The notes beneath the pieces were generated by a model. The model searched no databases. It had not been told where the DNA came from and was given only the letters and a program-made list of their open reading frames with translations. Shown here piece after piece: positions 15,280 through 27,339 of a DNA stretch of 64,000 nt. Source of the DNA: Eledone cirrhosa (taxonomy: Eukaryota); assembly GCA_964016885.1 (NCBI GenBank), contig OZ024760.1, positions 12,958,001 through 13,022,000 on the forward strand, given 5' to 3'. Within the stretch, counting starts at the first letter, position 1. Each line of letters opens with the position of its first letter. The position numbers were made by a program, and so were the translations under genes.

Positions 15280-15429
15280 TACTCTCGAGTCCCCAAATAA
15301 TAAGGGGGGAGGGGTCAGAGAAGCGGGCGGGGAGGATGAGGTGTTGAAATAAGTAGAGGGTGGAATAGGGGAAATCTGTAATTTTTCTTGGTTGTCTCCC
15401 TTGATATTTTTGTTCGAGACCCGGGAGTA
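15280..15429. mobile_element. old MITE with TACTCTCG-type termini
   Basis: tactctcgagtccc ... gagacccgggagta; related ends at ~15832 (reverse complement) and 46843. Confidence 0.4.
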
Positions 15430-16049
15430 AGTAGAGTATGAAACGATTTAATGTAGATATATAAATAAAAGATTCAGAGTTACTTCCCCTGGAACGTTGA
15501 AAACCTGGCCATTGCCGCATGTCATGCGATGGAGGGGAAAATAGCCCAATACAAGCCTTCACCGACTGCTTCCTTTTCGTACTGGCCATCGTCCAGACCT
15601 CCGGTCTACTAGTCTCCAACCCAACTGCTATGTGTGTCACGTCTGAGGAAGGAGTCCTTTAAGGTGGTGGTGGCTGATGTAGTAGTTCTCTCTGGCTGTT
15701 CTTTGCGGCAATACCTTCGCATTTTTGTCGTCAGTGGGTCGGAGTGCGATGGGGGTCGGTGAAAAAAATCTAAGAAATTGATAAGCGGCGGGGTGGAGGA
15801 GAGGACAATTATTATTTGAGAGCCGAGAATACTTTAAATATATCAGCGAAACTAACAAAGTTGTAAGTTGTCTCCCCTGAAAGTTATTACGGAAGTTTCG
15901 TTGGTGCAAACGTTGATGCATAAAATACGATTTTGATGAAGGAAGAGGTGATGGGGGAGAAAAAGGTAGGGTGTTATACCAAGGAAAAAGAAGGGAAATT
16001 AATTGTCACCTTAAATCTCCATATTTTCAAGGTAATCAATGGCGAAAGA

Positions 16050-16650
16050 GGCGGCGAATTCGTAGAGTTGTTCGAACGTCAGATAAAATGATTTGAGGCA
16101 TTTTTGTATCAACATTCTCCCCTCTCTGAGTTCAAATCCTATCGAGGTCAACTTAACCTTTCATCCTTTCGAGGTCGATAAAAAAAGAATAAATGTATCA
16201 GTCCAGTACTGGGGTGGAGTCTGCCTCTTCTATATCCCTTATCACTTCATTTCTTTCCTTCTCTGGAAGAAATTGACTGTGTTCAGACCTGGAGAGGAGA
16301 CAGGCCCAGCCAGGTTTTAAAATTGCCCTAGAAACGTTGTGTGTCCCTACCAGATCAGAACGTTATATTTGTGTATTTAAGATTTTTAAAAAAATACTGC
16401 CCAAACAGAATAAACCTCACAAAAAGCCTTATATGGAGTTCTGACAAGTTCATAACCCCCACCATTGAATGATACTATTAGGCAATCTATAGGTGGTGGA
16501 TTAGCAGAGATGTTAGAACATCGGATAGAATGCTTTATGGTATTTATTCCAGATTTCTGCTCTCTGAGTTCAAATCCCGCACAGGTCAACTTAGCCATTC
16601 ATCCTTTCAGGGTCGATAAAAAAAGTACCAGTCAAATACTGGGGTCGATT
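16050..16650 (+). mobile_element. two tRNA-derived SINE copies (16050-16215, 16492-16650)
   Basis: ctgagttcaaatcc..aggtcaactt..tcatcctttc..ggtcgataaaa..gtaccagt..actggggt. Confidence 0.75.
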
Positions 16651-16873
16651 CTTCTTCTCTATCTCTTTCTCATTTCACCTCTCACACTATCTCTCCATAT
16701 ATATATACATATATATATATGTATGTAAAAGGTAAACAGAAATAACAACACACTCGGTACAGGAAATAGAAGGTATATATTAGGTTAATGCTTGATATAG
16801 CAGACATACAGAAAGAACCAGTCAAGTACTGGGGTCAATTCTTCTATCTCTTTCTCTCTCTCACTCTATCTCT

Positions 16874-16915
<42 letters not shown>

Positions 16916-16927
16916 GCATATACATAC

Positions 16928-16960
<33 letters not shown>

Positions 16961-16967
16961 CATATAC

Positions 16968-17116
<149 letters not shown>

Positions 17117-17203
17117 GGTAAGTTATTCCAGGTTGAATCGGAGGTAACCACAGTAAGTAAGGTACTCAATACATAGCAGAGTATAAAAGTTTTAATATAG
17201 ATG

Positions 17204-17254
17204 AGATTCTACAGGACTAGAACTGTTTCATTCTTTAGAAATCATCAGGAATCT
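17204..17254 (-). ncRNA. hammerhead motif (family E)
   Basis: Reverse complement: agattc-CTGATGA-tttctaaagaat-GAAA-cag-ttctagtc-ctGTA-gaatct. Stem I is 6 bp and the triplet is GUA. Copies with one core substitution lie at 14122-14168 and 14421-14465. Confidence 0.65.
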
Positions 17255-17272
17255 AGTCCTGTAGAATCTCAA

Positions 17273-17340
<68 letters not shown>

Positions 17341-17598
17341 TATATAAATATATATAAAGTACCAGTTTAGTACTGGGGTGGATTCTTCTTCTATATCTCT
17401 TTTACATTTCCCCTCTCTCACTTTCTATTCTTCTCTGGAAGAAATCTGTTGTACTCAGGCCTGGAGAGGGATGGGCTCTGCCAGGCTTCAAATGCCTATC
17501 CATCCATCTTATGCAAGATGGCCACTGAAATGTGAATAGTGTTTACAGAAATAAATAATTAAGGAAATTTAACATATTTGGCTTCCTGTCATTTCACT

Positions 17599-17657
<59 letters not shown>

Positions 17658-17665
17658 TGTCTCCC

Positions 17666-17736
17666 TATTTTATCTGATGAGAACGCAAATATCATCCCAT
17701 GATGATATTTGTTTTTGAAATGTGCATAATAAAATA
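17666..17736 (+). ncRNA. hammerhead motif (family F)
   Basis: tattttat-CTGATGA-gaac-gcaaatatcatc-ccat-gatgatatttgt-tttt-GAAA-tgtgc-ATA-ataaaata. Stem I is 8 bp and the stem II hairpin is 12 bp. Confidence 0.68.
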
Positions 17737-17764
17737 CATGGAACTCTTTTAACCATCTTTTGAT

Positions 17765-17836
<72 letters not shown>

Positions 17837-17882
17837 AAAATAACAGGAGGTTGGACTTGTGTAAATCCTTGAAAGGTTTATT

Positions 17883-17940
17883 ATACTATGATCATTTCAA
17901 TGACCGGGTTCCGTATGAATCCGGTCATATCATCAGGTAT
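17883..17940 (-). ncRNA. hammerhead motif (family G)
   Basis: Reverse complement: atac-CTGATGA-t-atgaccgg...ccggtcat-t-GAAA-tgatc-ATA-gtat. Stem III is the palindrome ATGATCAT. Confidence 0.72.
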
Positions 17941-18419
17941 TCGAAATATAATAAATGAATGTAACAGATAAAATCCATGGGGCTGAAAATCATAGACCCA
18001 AGGACGACCGACCATCTAGTATCTTCCACTTTAGCCGGTCGCCTTCAAGTGTCACCCTATTCGGTCTACTTAAGGCTATCTGGTGAGGTGGCAAAAGCTT
18101 ATAATGTGCTACTAACCTCCCGGTCAAAGAGAAAAAAAGACAGAAAGAAATAAGAAAAGTCAGCGTTAATGTCATGCTACAATCAGGCTAGGAATTGCCG
18201 CGAAAAATGCTATTCTAAAGAACCTATATCTTAACAGAGGTATATATTATAACAGAGGTATATATAGTGGGCGTCTGCATGGTATAATGTGTGAACAGAA
18301 AATTGGAACATTGAATTTTTGTTTAGATTTATACGAAGAAATTTAAAAAAAATTAAATTAAAGATTAAAATTATAAAATTTAAAAAATTAGAAAATTAAA
18401 AATTAAACAGTTTAAAAAA

Positions 18420-18925
18420 ATTAAAGAGCAAAGATCAAATCCAGTCTATAAGTTGACGTTATCAAGCCATCAATTTGGCTGCCGACCTTGGCTTCTCTTA
18501 CCAGCCAACCTTCCTTCCAGGAATATATAATACCTTTCGATCACCAACAGCAGAGTTTAAAGAGCAAAGATCAAGTCCAGTCCATAGGTTGACATTATCA
18601 AGCCATCCTTTTGGCTGCCAGCCTCTGCTTCTCTTACCAGCCAACCTTCCTTCCAGGCATAACCTACTCACACCACGAGTTGATCTTTTGATATGGCCGT
18701 ATAGTTTGAGTACTCTTGACATGACAAATGATGTAATTGGTCTAAGTTTGGTAATGTTGAGCAACTCACTGATACAGATACGGTCGCTGAGCCACTTGCC
18801 AGTCATAAGTCTCATGATGTGGTTCTGGAATGTAGAGAGCTTCTAAAGTGACCTTGTCGTCCAATTAACACAGTCAAGACCATATAACACAACTGGTAGG
18901 ATGTAAGTATCAAAGATCTTTGCCT
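18420..18925 (-). mobile_element. RTE-like LINE 3' fragment
   Basis: LYGHIKR...LEGRLAGKRSRGWQPKGWLDNV, with a local duplication of the last ~95 bp. Confidence 0.65.
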
Positions 18926-18929
18926 TCAA

Positions 18930-19190
18930 ATGATAGGAAACTGTCTGTTGTATATAACATTATATTCTGGTGTTTTTGTTATATACTTGTTTGTGTGTGT
19001 GTGAGTATTTTCTATTTCTTTTTTTTTGGGGGGGGGGGGGGGGTCATCATTCCCAGAGCACCACTGATTACAGGGATTGTTTCAGCTTTCATCATCTGCA
19101 TTTTAGTTATTTCTATCTCTAGATTTTTATATTTAGATAATTTTTCCATTTCTTTTAGAGATACTTGGTCATCTGTGGGGAATGATATTA
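18930..19190 (-). mobile_element. restriction-like-endonuclease LINE fragment (R4/Dong-like)
   Basis: ISFPTDDQVSLKEMEKLSKYKNLEIEITKM...ETIPVISGALG matches the K..KY..L / PxxxGALG RLE pattern; adjacent to (ATT)n. Confidence 0.65.
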
Positions 19191-19334
19191 TTATTATTAT
19201 CATTTTTATTTTCTTTCATTATTGTTTCTGTGATATATGCCGAGTGTCTTCCTGATACCTAGGGCAAATAAATTCAGTGTGCATTGGTAAGCCAGTTAAT
19301 ACAGCACATTGATTATAATTAAAAAATAAAAAAA

Positions 19335-19367
<33 letters not shown>

Positions 19368-19562
19368 GTTGTTGTTCTTTGAGTCTCAGTCATTGATGTT
19401 GGTTAACTAGAAAGTTTGTTGAAATGAATATCAAGCCACTACCTGCAGCCTCAGATATTCAGGACATATCGGAGGGTTCTTGCTGTTCCCAGCAAGCATG
19501 CCTTTTGAAGTGTTCCAAAAAGCGGGGCAGGGCCAATTTTCTTTAACCACCCCTGGAAACTC

Positions 19563-19598
<36 letters not shown>

Positions 19599-19766
19599 CA
19601 TCATCATCATCATCATCATCATCAAATCTGAACATTCTATACTTTTTTTTTCAAATCATTTTCTGTTTTTTTGGGGTTCTTTTTTTATTTTTAATCTAAA
19701 CTTTCAATGTTTCCGATGGGTTTTCTGCAAATGTTTTTTTGTTTTAGAAAAGAATAGAGACAAATT

Positions 19767-19921
19767 TTAAAAATTAAATTCCGGTTGTTGATTCCATCGA
19801 ATGATACTAGCAGCCATAACACAGAAAGCTCCACTAAAGCCTGCGACAGAGGGACCCCAGGCGATCTGTTTGGAATCGGTTTTACCAACCATAATGATGA
19901 TTCCAAATAGGATCATGATAG
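19767..19921 (-). CDS. exon 4 (terminal) of tetraspan gene (TM3-TM4, stop)
   Basis: Acceptor tttctaccattccag|, encodes AIMILFG...WGPSVAGFSG...EFNF*. Confidence 0.88.
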
Positions 19922-20006
19922 CTGGAATGGTAGAAAAGAAAAACAGAGAATGATAAGCGACAGATAGATAAATATACATACTACACACAAACATAGACAC
20001 ACACAC

Positions 20007-20058
<52 letters not shown>

Positions 20059-21319
20059 CAATAAGTGTAAGTCAACAGGTTAAATTTAACTTCATTTATT
20101 CATATTCGCTGTTATATATATTTTGAATATGAATAAACGAAGTTAAGTTTAACTTGTTGACTACTGATGCAGGTAGTTTGTTCTCTGCAGCAGCAACTTT
20201 GAGAATGAAAAAAATGTTTCCAAAAGTCATGGGAGCTGTGCTGTTTTCTGACTTTGTAAGCATGTCCATAGGTGTTAGACTCATGGAATTCAGAAAGGTG
20301 CTCAGTGTTGGAGTTGGAGAGATGGTTAATAATTTGCCAGACTTCCGAGCTTTAACTCTTTAGCACTTCAACCAGCCATATCCGGCCAGAATTCTCTCAC
20401 CTTTTTCTGCTCAAACCAGCTGTAACCAGCCACTCATACTAACATTAAAGTATTGTTCTCAAAATAAATAACATCAAAATCTCATAGATTTGATATCATA
20501 TGAGATAATTATGTAAGATAAATCCTTTATCACAAAAATACAATAATAAATGCATAGAATAAGGTAAATGATGACAGTTTCATGTATCCATGTGGAGCAA
20601 AGTAAGGTGTTTAGAGTATGGTAGATGCCTGATGAGGGGGATTTGATTTAGCAAAAACAAAAAAAAGAACTCCACTGACCAGACACTAAGTAGAGAATCA
20701 ATGTAGTCCTGGAAAAACCTTTGTTACAAATGCTCTCCGATGTGAAATAACGAACTTCCCATAATATAGAGATGCCAAAGGATATTATGGTGGTGATACA
20801 TCCGATGATTTCAAAGACTTTTACTGCTTCAAACCAACCAGGAACATCTGGAAAGGAAAGAAAGAAAAAAAAATAGAGTGAATAATCAATGTGATGGTGG
20901 TGGTGGTGGTGGTGATGGTAGGGGTGGTGGTGGTGTTGGTGGTGGTGATGGTGGTAGTGGTGGTGGTGGCAATGATGTTGGTGGTGGTGGTAGTGGTGGT
21001 GGTGGCAATGATGTTGGTGGTGGTGGTAGTGGTGTTGGTGTTGGTGGTGGTGGTGGCAATGATGTTGGTGGTGGACCAGTGGCTGTTACAATACAATAAT
21101 ATAATATCCAGGAGGAAACATCTCTTACCTCCCCTTATATAGGGGTCGTTTATCTTCATGGATTCTTCCACAACTACCATTCTACCATTTAACTGTAAAT
21201 AGAAAATATATCAAATAGAATAATGAAATGACAGAATGAGAATTGGTCAGAAAATATAACTTGACAGATAGATAGAATGAATCCTGTGACTTTTTAATGA
21301 CAGATGACTATATTGTGGA

Positions 21320-21394
<75 letters not shown>

Positions 21395-21484
21395 TAGGTA
21401 ATTCCGAAGAAAAGGCAAAGGAAAAAAAGAGTGCTCTATGTATAGAACAGAGCTATTTAATTAGAAAGTGTTGTTCACTTTCTA

Positions 21485-21525
<41 letters not shown>

Positions 21526-23564
21526 CATATATATATAGAGAGAGGAAACTATAGAGGCATTAAGTTAGTTGACCGGGTTATGAAGGTCACAGAAAGAGTT
21601 ATTACTCAACTGATGGTGGTGGACAAAACCGCCCAACCCACACTAGCATGGAAGATGGATGTTAAATGATGATGATGATATATATATATATAACATTTAC
21701 ATTACTCTATACATACTATTGTATTTTCTTGGTAAAGGCTTTACCTCACATAATATCTCACATAACATTTACATTACTCTATATTTACTATTGTATTTTC
21801 TTGGTAAAGGCTTTACCTCATATAATATCTCCCATAACATTTACATTACTCTATATATACTATTGTATTTTCTTGATAAAGGCTTTACCTCACATAATAT
21901 CTCATATAACATTTACATTACTCTATATTTACTATTGTATTTTCTTGGTAAAGGCTTTACCTCACATAATATCTCATATAACATTTACATTACTCTATAT
22001 TTACTATTGTATTTTCTTGGTAAAGTCTTTACCTCACATAATATCTCACATAACATTTACATTACTCTATATTTATTATTGTATTTTCTTGGAAAAGGCT
22101 TTACCTCACATAATATCTCATATAACATTTACATTACTCTATATTTACTATTGTATTTTCTTGGTAAAGTCTTTACCTCACATAATATCTCACATAACAT
22201 TTACATTACTCTATATTTATTATTGTATTTTCTTGGAAAAGGCTTTACCTCACATAATATCTCATATAACATTTACATTACTCTATATTTACTATTGTAT
22301 TTTCTTGGTAAAGTCTTTACCTCACATAATATCTCACATAACATTTACATTACTCTATATTTATTATTGTATTTTCTTGGAAAAGGCTTTACCTCACATA
22401 ATATCTCACATAACATTTACATTACTCTATATTTACTATTGTATTTTCTTGGTAAAGGCTTTACCTCACATAATATCTCCCATAACATTTACATTACTCT
22501 ATATTTACTATTGTATTTTCTTGGTAAAGGCTTTACCTCACATAATATCTCCCATAACATTTACATTACTCTATATTTACTATTGTATTTTCTTGGTAAA
22601 GGCTTTACATCACATAATATCTCACATAACATTTACATTACTCTATATATACTATTGTATTTTCACAGTAAAGACTTTACCTCATATAATATCTCACATA
22701 ACATTTACATTACTCTATATTTACTATTGTATTTTCACAGTAAAGTCTTTACCTCACATAATATCTCACATAACATTTACATTACTCTATATTTACTATT
22801 GTATTTTCTTGGAAAAGGCTTTACCTCACATAATATCTCACATAACATTTACATTACTCTATATTTACTATTGTATTTTCTTGGTAAAGGCTTTACCCCA
22901 CATAATATCTCACATAACATTTACATTACTCTATATTTACTATTGTATTTTCTTGGTAAAGGCTTTACCTCACATAATATCTCACATAACATTTACATTA
23001 CTCTATATTTACTATTGTATTTTCTTGGTAAAGGCTTTACCTCACATAATATCTCACATAACATTTACATTACTCTATATTTACTATTCTATGTTCATGG
23101 TAAACACTTCACCTCACATATCTCAGATACTATTGAATCTACGAGATTTTGATATTATTCATTTTGAGAGCAATACCTTAACATCAGCATGAGTAGCTGG
23201 TTATGGCCGGTTTGACCAGAAAGAGGTGAGATGTTTCTGGCTGGATATGGCTGGTTTAAATGCTAAAGGGTTAAAGTATACTATGAAAAGGTTTAACAGT
23301 GGCTATTGTGACTGATGTCAAATCTGAAAGGATATTGACTTTACCTTCACCTAACAAATAAACACATGGATGTGTAGGTGTTCAGGTGTGTAGGTATACA
23401 GGTAATCAGGTGTTTATTATTAAGAGTACGTGTGAGAGGGTTGTTGCATCCATGTTTAATAATGTGTGTGGTTCCACATGAATGGAGGGCAAGCCGCAGT
23501 CATATTTGTGTAGTAGTGGTGGTTTATGGTGGTTGTGTGTTTGCTTGAGTCTGTATGTATGTAT

Positions 23565-23610
<46 letters not shown>

Positions 23611-23794
23611 ATGTGTATATATATATATATATATGTGTGTATGTATGAATGTATGTATATATGTGTATATATGTGTATATATATCTATATGTGTGTTTGT
23701 GTCTGTGCATGTGCACGTATGTATATAAGTGCATGTGTAAGTATGCATCTGCATATGTATATATGCATCTATATATGTACACACACACACACAA

Positions 23795-23839
<45 letters not shown>

Positions 23840-25917
23840 GCGTATGTGTGCTGAAGGTGTGTCAAGGATGAAAAGATTGAAACAGGTTATGAAAGAAAGA
23901 AGTGTGTGAATCAGCCAAACAATTTCTTAAATTTTATTTACTAAACACTAGGCTACTTATTTAACTATATTAACCCCAGTACATAGCTGGTACTAACATA
24001 TTTTAACAGATTTTGTGTGTATGAGGCATAGTTGAGTGTATAAACCTCAGTATTTGACTGGTACTAACATATAACAGCATAAAGTAGCACAGATTTTTTT
24101 TGTGTGACAGATTTTTTTTTGTGTGACCGAGAGAGAGGTAGGGAGAGAGAGGGAGGTAAGGAGACAGAGGGAGGTAGGGAGAGAGAGGGGGGTAGGGAGA
24201 TAGAGGGAGGTAAGGAGACAGAGAGGGAAGTAGGGAGAGAGAGGGAGGTAGGGAGACAGGGAGGGAAGTAGGGAGAGAGAGGGAGGTAGGGAGACAGAGA
24301 GGGAAGTAGGGAGAGAGAGGGATTTAGGGAGAGAGAGGGCGGTAGGGAGAGAGAGGGAGAGGTAGGGACAGAGAGAGAGAGGTAGTAAGAGAGAGGGAGA
24401 GGTAGGGACACAGAAAGAGGGAGAGGGAGAAAGAGAGAGACAGAGAGATGTAGTGAGAGAGAGAGAGAGAGAGATAAGGAGATATGACATTGTTGATAGC
24501 TCTTTAAAGAGTAGGTTCAGGTATAGTTGTAGTATTTGTATGGCTGAATGAGCAGAAAGTAACTAAGGCTTAAAAGAATGTAAACACACCTTAACATGAC
24601 CTGGTGTCTAACATGAAACTACATGAGCAAAACATTCTGTGGTTGAGTCACTTTAAAATGATTTTACTCTAATATAATATATTTTCAGAGCGATATGTCT
24701 ATTAGTATCGATACTATAAACATTTGAATTAAACCACATGAAACTACATTAGCAATATATTAAAAAAACTGCACCACCTGAAAACACATTAGTAAGATAT
24801 ATTTCAAGAGTACAAAACAGCACTATGATGCATTACAATAAATATTAAATTATTTGTGATAATAGTCCATCCACCAATAAAAATACTATAAACATTTGAT
24901 TAATCAAATTCACTTAAAGATATTTTCAGTTAAATCCTTACAAGAGGCTTAGAGTTAAAACAAACAATTAGACCTTATATTAATACTGTACATTTTCACA
25001 CTGAAGTATCCATTAGTAAAAATATAAATATTTGAATAAAAATCACAACTTAATTTTCTGATATGTTATTACAAGATATTAAGAGGTAAAAAAATTAAAG
25101 AGTTTACTCAAACTACCAAAACACACATATATTTGTATATACACTACAATTTATGTACATGTTATGTTATCACATATCAAAGTTTTTTTTTCATATATCT
25201 TTGTTGATATTTGATAATAACAGCTAAACGAATCAACTAAATTTAATAAATTTGTCCCCTTTCCCAACCAGAAATGCTTCCACCACCCCTGTCTAATACT
25301 ACACAATTTCATATTCATTTATACACAAGTAAAAGTACTATAAACATTTGATTAAACCAACCAATTTTTAGTCAAAATTCTGCAGGCCCTTAAGTTGGAA
25401 TGGTAGGTGCACCATATGTCCATCTGGGCTAGAGTCAGCTTTGCAGTCTTATCACCAGGGCACAGCCTGCCCTAAACTGCTGCACCCTTGCCCTAGAGCC
25501 CATCACACTCCCTCCTTTCTCCTTCACATTCTTCTGCGATTCTAAGGCCCTTGTCTTTTCCTTTCTTTTCATCATCATCATCATCATTTTACGTCCGCTT
25601 CTCCTTGCTTGCAAGCGTGGGACGGGTCCTCTTCAGCACAGCATTTCTCCATTCGTCACAATCCCCCCCCCCTCTTCATAACTACAATATACAAAATAAA
25701 TATGAGAGGGGTTAGTTACCTTATACTTAGTGATGGTTTCAGAATCATAATTCCACAGGCCCCTAAGCTGGAATGGTTGGAGCACTTTGTCTCCATCTTG
25801 GCTAGAATTAGCTGAAGGGGCATGCCACCAAACATCCATAGAAATAGAGACTATATCAAGAACAAAGGCACAAAGGCCACACAGTATCACACATCCAATT
25901 GTATGACATAGCTTCAT
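19767..25917 (-). CDS. PMP22/EMP/claudin-superfamily tetraspan membrane protein, 4 coding exons: join(25917..25720, 21192..21129, 20847..20680, 19921..19767), 194 aa
   Basis: The exons sum to 198+64+168+155=585 nt, an open frame ending in TAA. All three introns are GT-AG with matching phases (0,1,1). Protein: MKLCHTIGCVILCGLCAFVLDIVSISMDVWWHAPSANSSQDGDKVLQPFQLRGLWNYDSETITKYKLNGRMVVVEESMKINDPYIRGDVPGWFEAVKVFEIIGCITTIISFGISILWEVRYFTSESICNKGFSRTTLILYLVSAIMILFGIIIMVGKTDSKQIAWGPSVAGFSGAFCVMAASIIRWNQQPEFNF. It has four hydrophobic segments, a W...GLW motif after TM1, a W-x2-A-V motif before TM2 and a WG motif before TM4, as in the PMP22/claudin clan. AATAAA lies on the minus strand at 19684-19689. 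Confidence 0.88.
20352..20507 (+). mobile_element. piggyBac-like MITE arm (TTAA-CYCTTT end)
   Basis: About 82% identical by hand alignment to the reverse complement of 23119-23274. Confidence 0.6.
20680..20847 (-). CDS. exon 3 of tetraspan gene (TM2 and start of TM3)
   Basis: Acceptor tctttcctttccag|, 168 nt encoding DVPGWFEAVKVFEIIG...LYLVS, donor TG|gtcagt, phase 1->1. Confidence 0.88.
21129..21192 (-). CDS. exon 2 of tetraspan gene (extracellular loop 1)
   Basis: Acceptor ttttctatttacag|, 64 nt encoding LNGRMVVVEESMKINDPYIRG, donor GAG|gtaaga, phase 0->1. Confidence 0.8.
21540..21680 (+). mobile_element. RTE-like LINE remnant (RT piece NYRGIKL joined to (GAT)n tail)
   Basis: RGNYRGIKLVDRVMKVTERVI, then ccacactagcatggaagatggatgttaaatgatgatg. 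Confidence 0.55.
21690..23118. repeat. 72-bp minisatellite, ~20 units, in intron 1
   Basis: Unit cataacatttacattactctatatttactattgtattttcttggtaaaggctttacctcacataatatctca. Confidence 0.97.
23119..23274 (-). mobile_element. piggyBac-like MITE arm (...AAAGGG-TTAA)
   Basis: Inverted partner of 20352-20507. Confidence 0.62.
24130..24478. repeat. purine-rich compound repeat (gagagagggaggtagg)n
   Basis: Direct inspection. Confidence 0.9.
25720..25917 (-). CDS. exon 1 of tetraspan gene (ATG, TM1, W...GLW)
   Basis: 66 codons MKLC...TKYK, donor AAG|gtaact, phase 0. Confidence 0.88.
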
Positions 25918-25978
25918 CTTGCTAGTTTTCTGATCAAACTTTTTAACTGCTTTGAATTGTCTGACCTCACTTGACTGG

Positions 25979-26037
<59 letters not shown>

Positions 26038-26054
26038 GTGTCTTCAACAAAAGG

Positions 26055-26120
26055 AGTAGTAGTAGCAGTGGTGGTACTGGGCTGGTAGTAGTTGTGGTGG
26101 TGGTAGTGGTAGTAGTTGTT

Positions 26121-26156
<36 letters not shown>

Positions 26157-26189
26157 ATAGCAGTGGGAGTGGTAGTAGTGGTGGTAGTG

Positions 26190-26222
<33 letters not shown>

Positions 26223-26309
26223 TAGTAGTGATGGTGGTGGTACTGGTAGTATAGTAGTAGTGGTAGTGGTGGTAGTAGTGGTGGTGGTATAGTAGTAGTG
26301 GTATTGGTG

Positions 26310-26341
<32 letters not shown>

Positions 26342-26620
26342 GGTGGTGATGGTAATGGTAGTATAGTAGTGGTAGTAGTAGTAGTAGTAGTGATGGTAAT
26401 AGTAGTGTAGTAGTAGTAGTAGTAGCGGTAGTGGTGGTGGTGGTGGTGGTGGTAGTGGTAGTAGTAGTAGTGGTGGTAGTAGTAGTGGTAGTGGTAGTGG
26501 TAGTAATAGTAGTAGTGGTGGTGGTGGTAGTGGTAGTAGTAGTAGTGGTGGTGGTGGTGGTGGTGGTAGTAGTAATAGTAGTAGTGCTGGTAGTAGTAGT
26601 AGTAGTAGTAGTAGTAGTGA
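26055..26620. repeat. (TAG/TGG)n trinucleotide tract upstream of the tetraspan gene
   Basis: Direct inspection. Confidence 0.95.
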
Positions 26621-26729
26621 TGAAATCTTGTTCAACCAGTTTAAACAATGTATGTGTGTGTGCATGTAATGTATATATATATATATACGTATGTATGTAT
26701 AAATATATATATATATATATATATATAAT

Positions 26730-26930
26730 TAATAAAAACAATGAAATAAAAACAAAGAACAGATTTCTTATATTGAAAAATTCCTCATTTTACGATCGTT
26801 TCTGGGATATATATGTGTGTTGGTATGTATATTATGTTAAAGATCTATGTAAAAAAATGACAAACTATCAGAGGAGTTCTTCATACGGATTGGACACTAC
26901 CGTTTTATTTTGGTAGATTTATCTGCACAC
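26730..26930. mobile_element. family-B fragment with 5' inversion (inverted HHR 3' half joined to sense tail)
   Basis: Reverse complement reads cacatatatatcccaGAAACgatcGTA; the sense tail gagttcttcatacggattggacac follows. Confidence 0.65.
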
Positions 26931-27026
<96 letters not shown>

Positions 27027-27339
27027 GTGTGTGTGTGTGAAGAAAACGGTCTTATTCTCTCTCTTTCTCTCTCTCTCTCTCTCAGAGATAGATAGATAGA
27101 TAGAGAGAGAGAGAGCTCTTCCTCCACAGACCCAAGTTCAGTCATACTTTGGTCCAGGTTGGCTGGTATATATCTCATAGCTCTGATAACTGATTTCTAA
27201 GTTAGGCACAACACAAGACCAGCAATTTAAGGCCAGGAGGATCATATCCCATCTTATCCATTGCCCTTGGGCGGGACAGCAAACACAACTTCACGCCAAC
27301 AGTCTTAGTTTCCTATCATGGTGTGTAGGTCTTCCTTGT

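Noticed and set aside
20154-20363. 69-aa plus-strand ORF in intron 3
   Set aside because: Non-ATG start, no motif or splice support, and it runs into a MITE end.
21659-23192. 497/508-aa hydrophobic repeat ORFs
   Set aside because: Artefact of a 72-bp tandem unit that is open in two frames, lying antisense within an intron.
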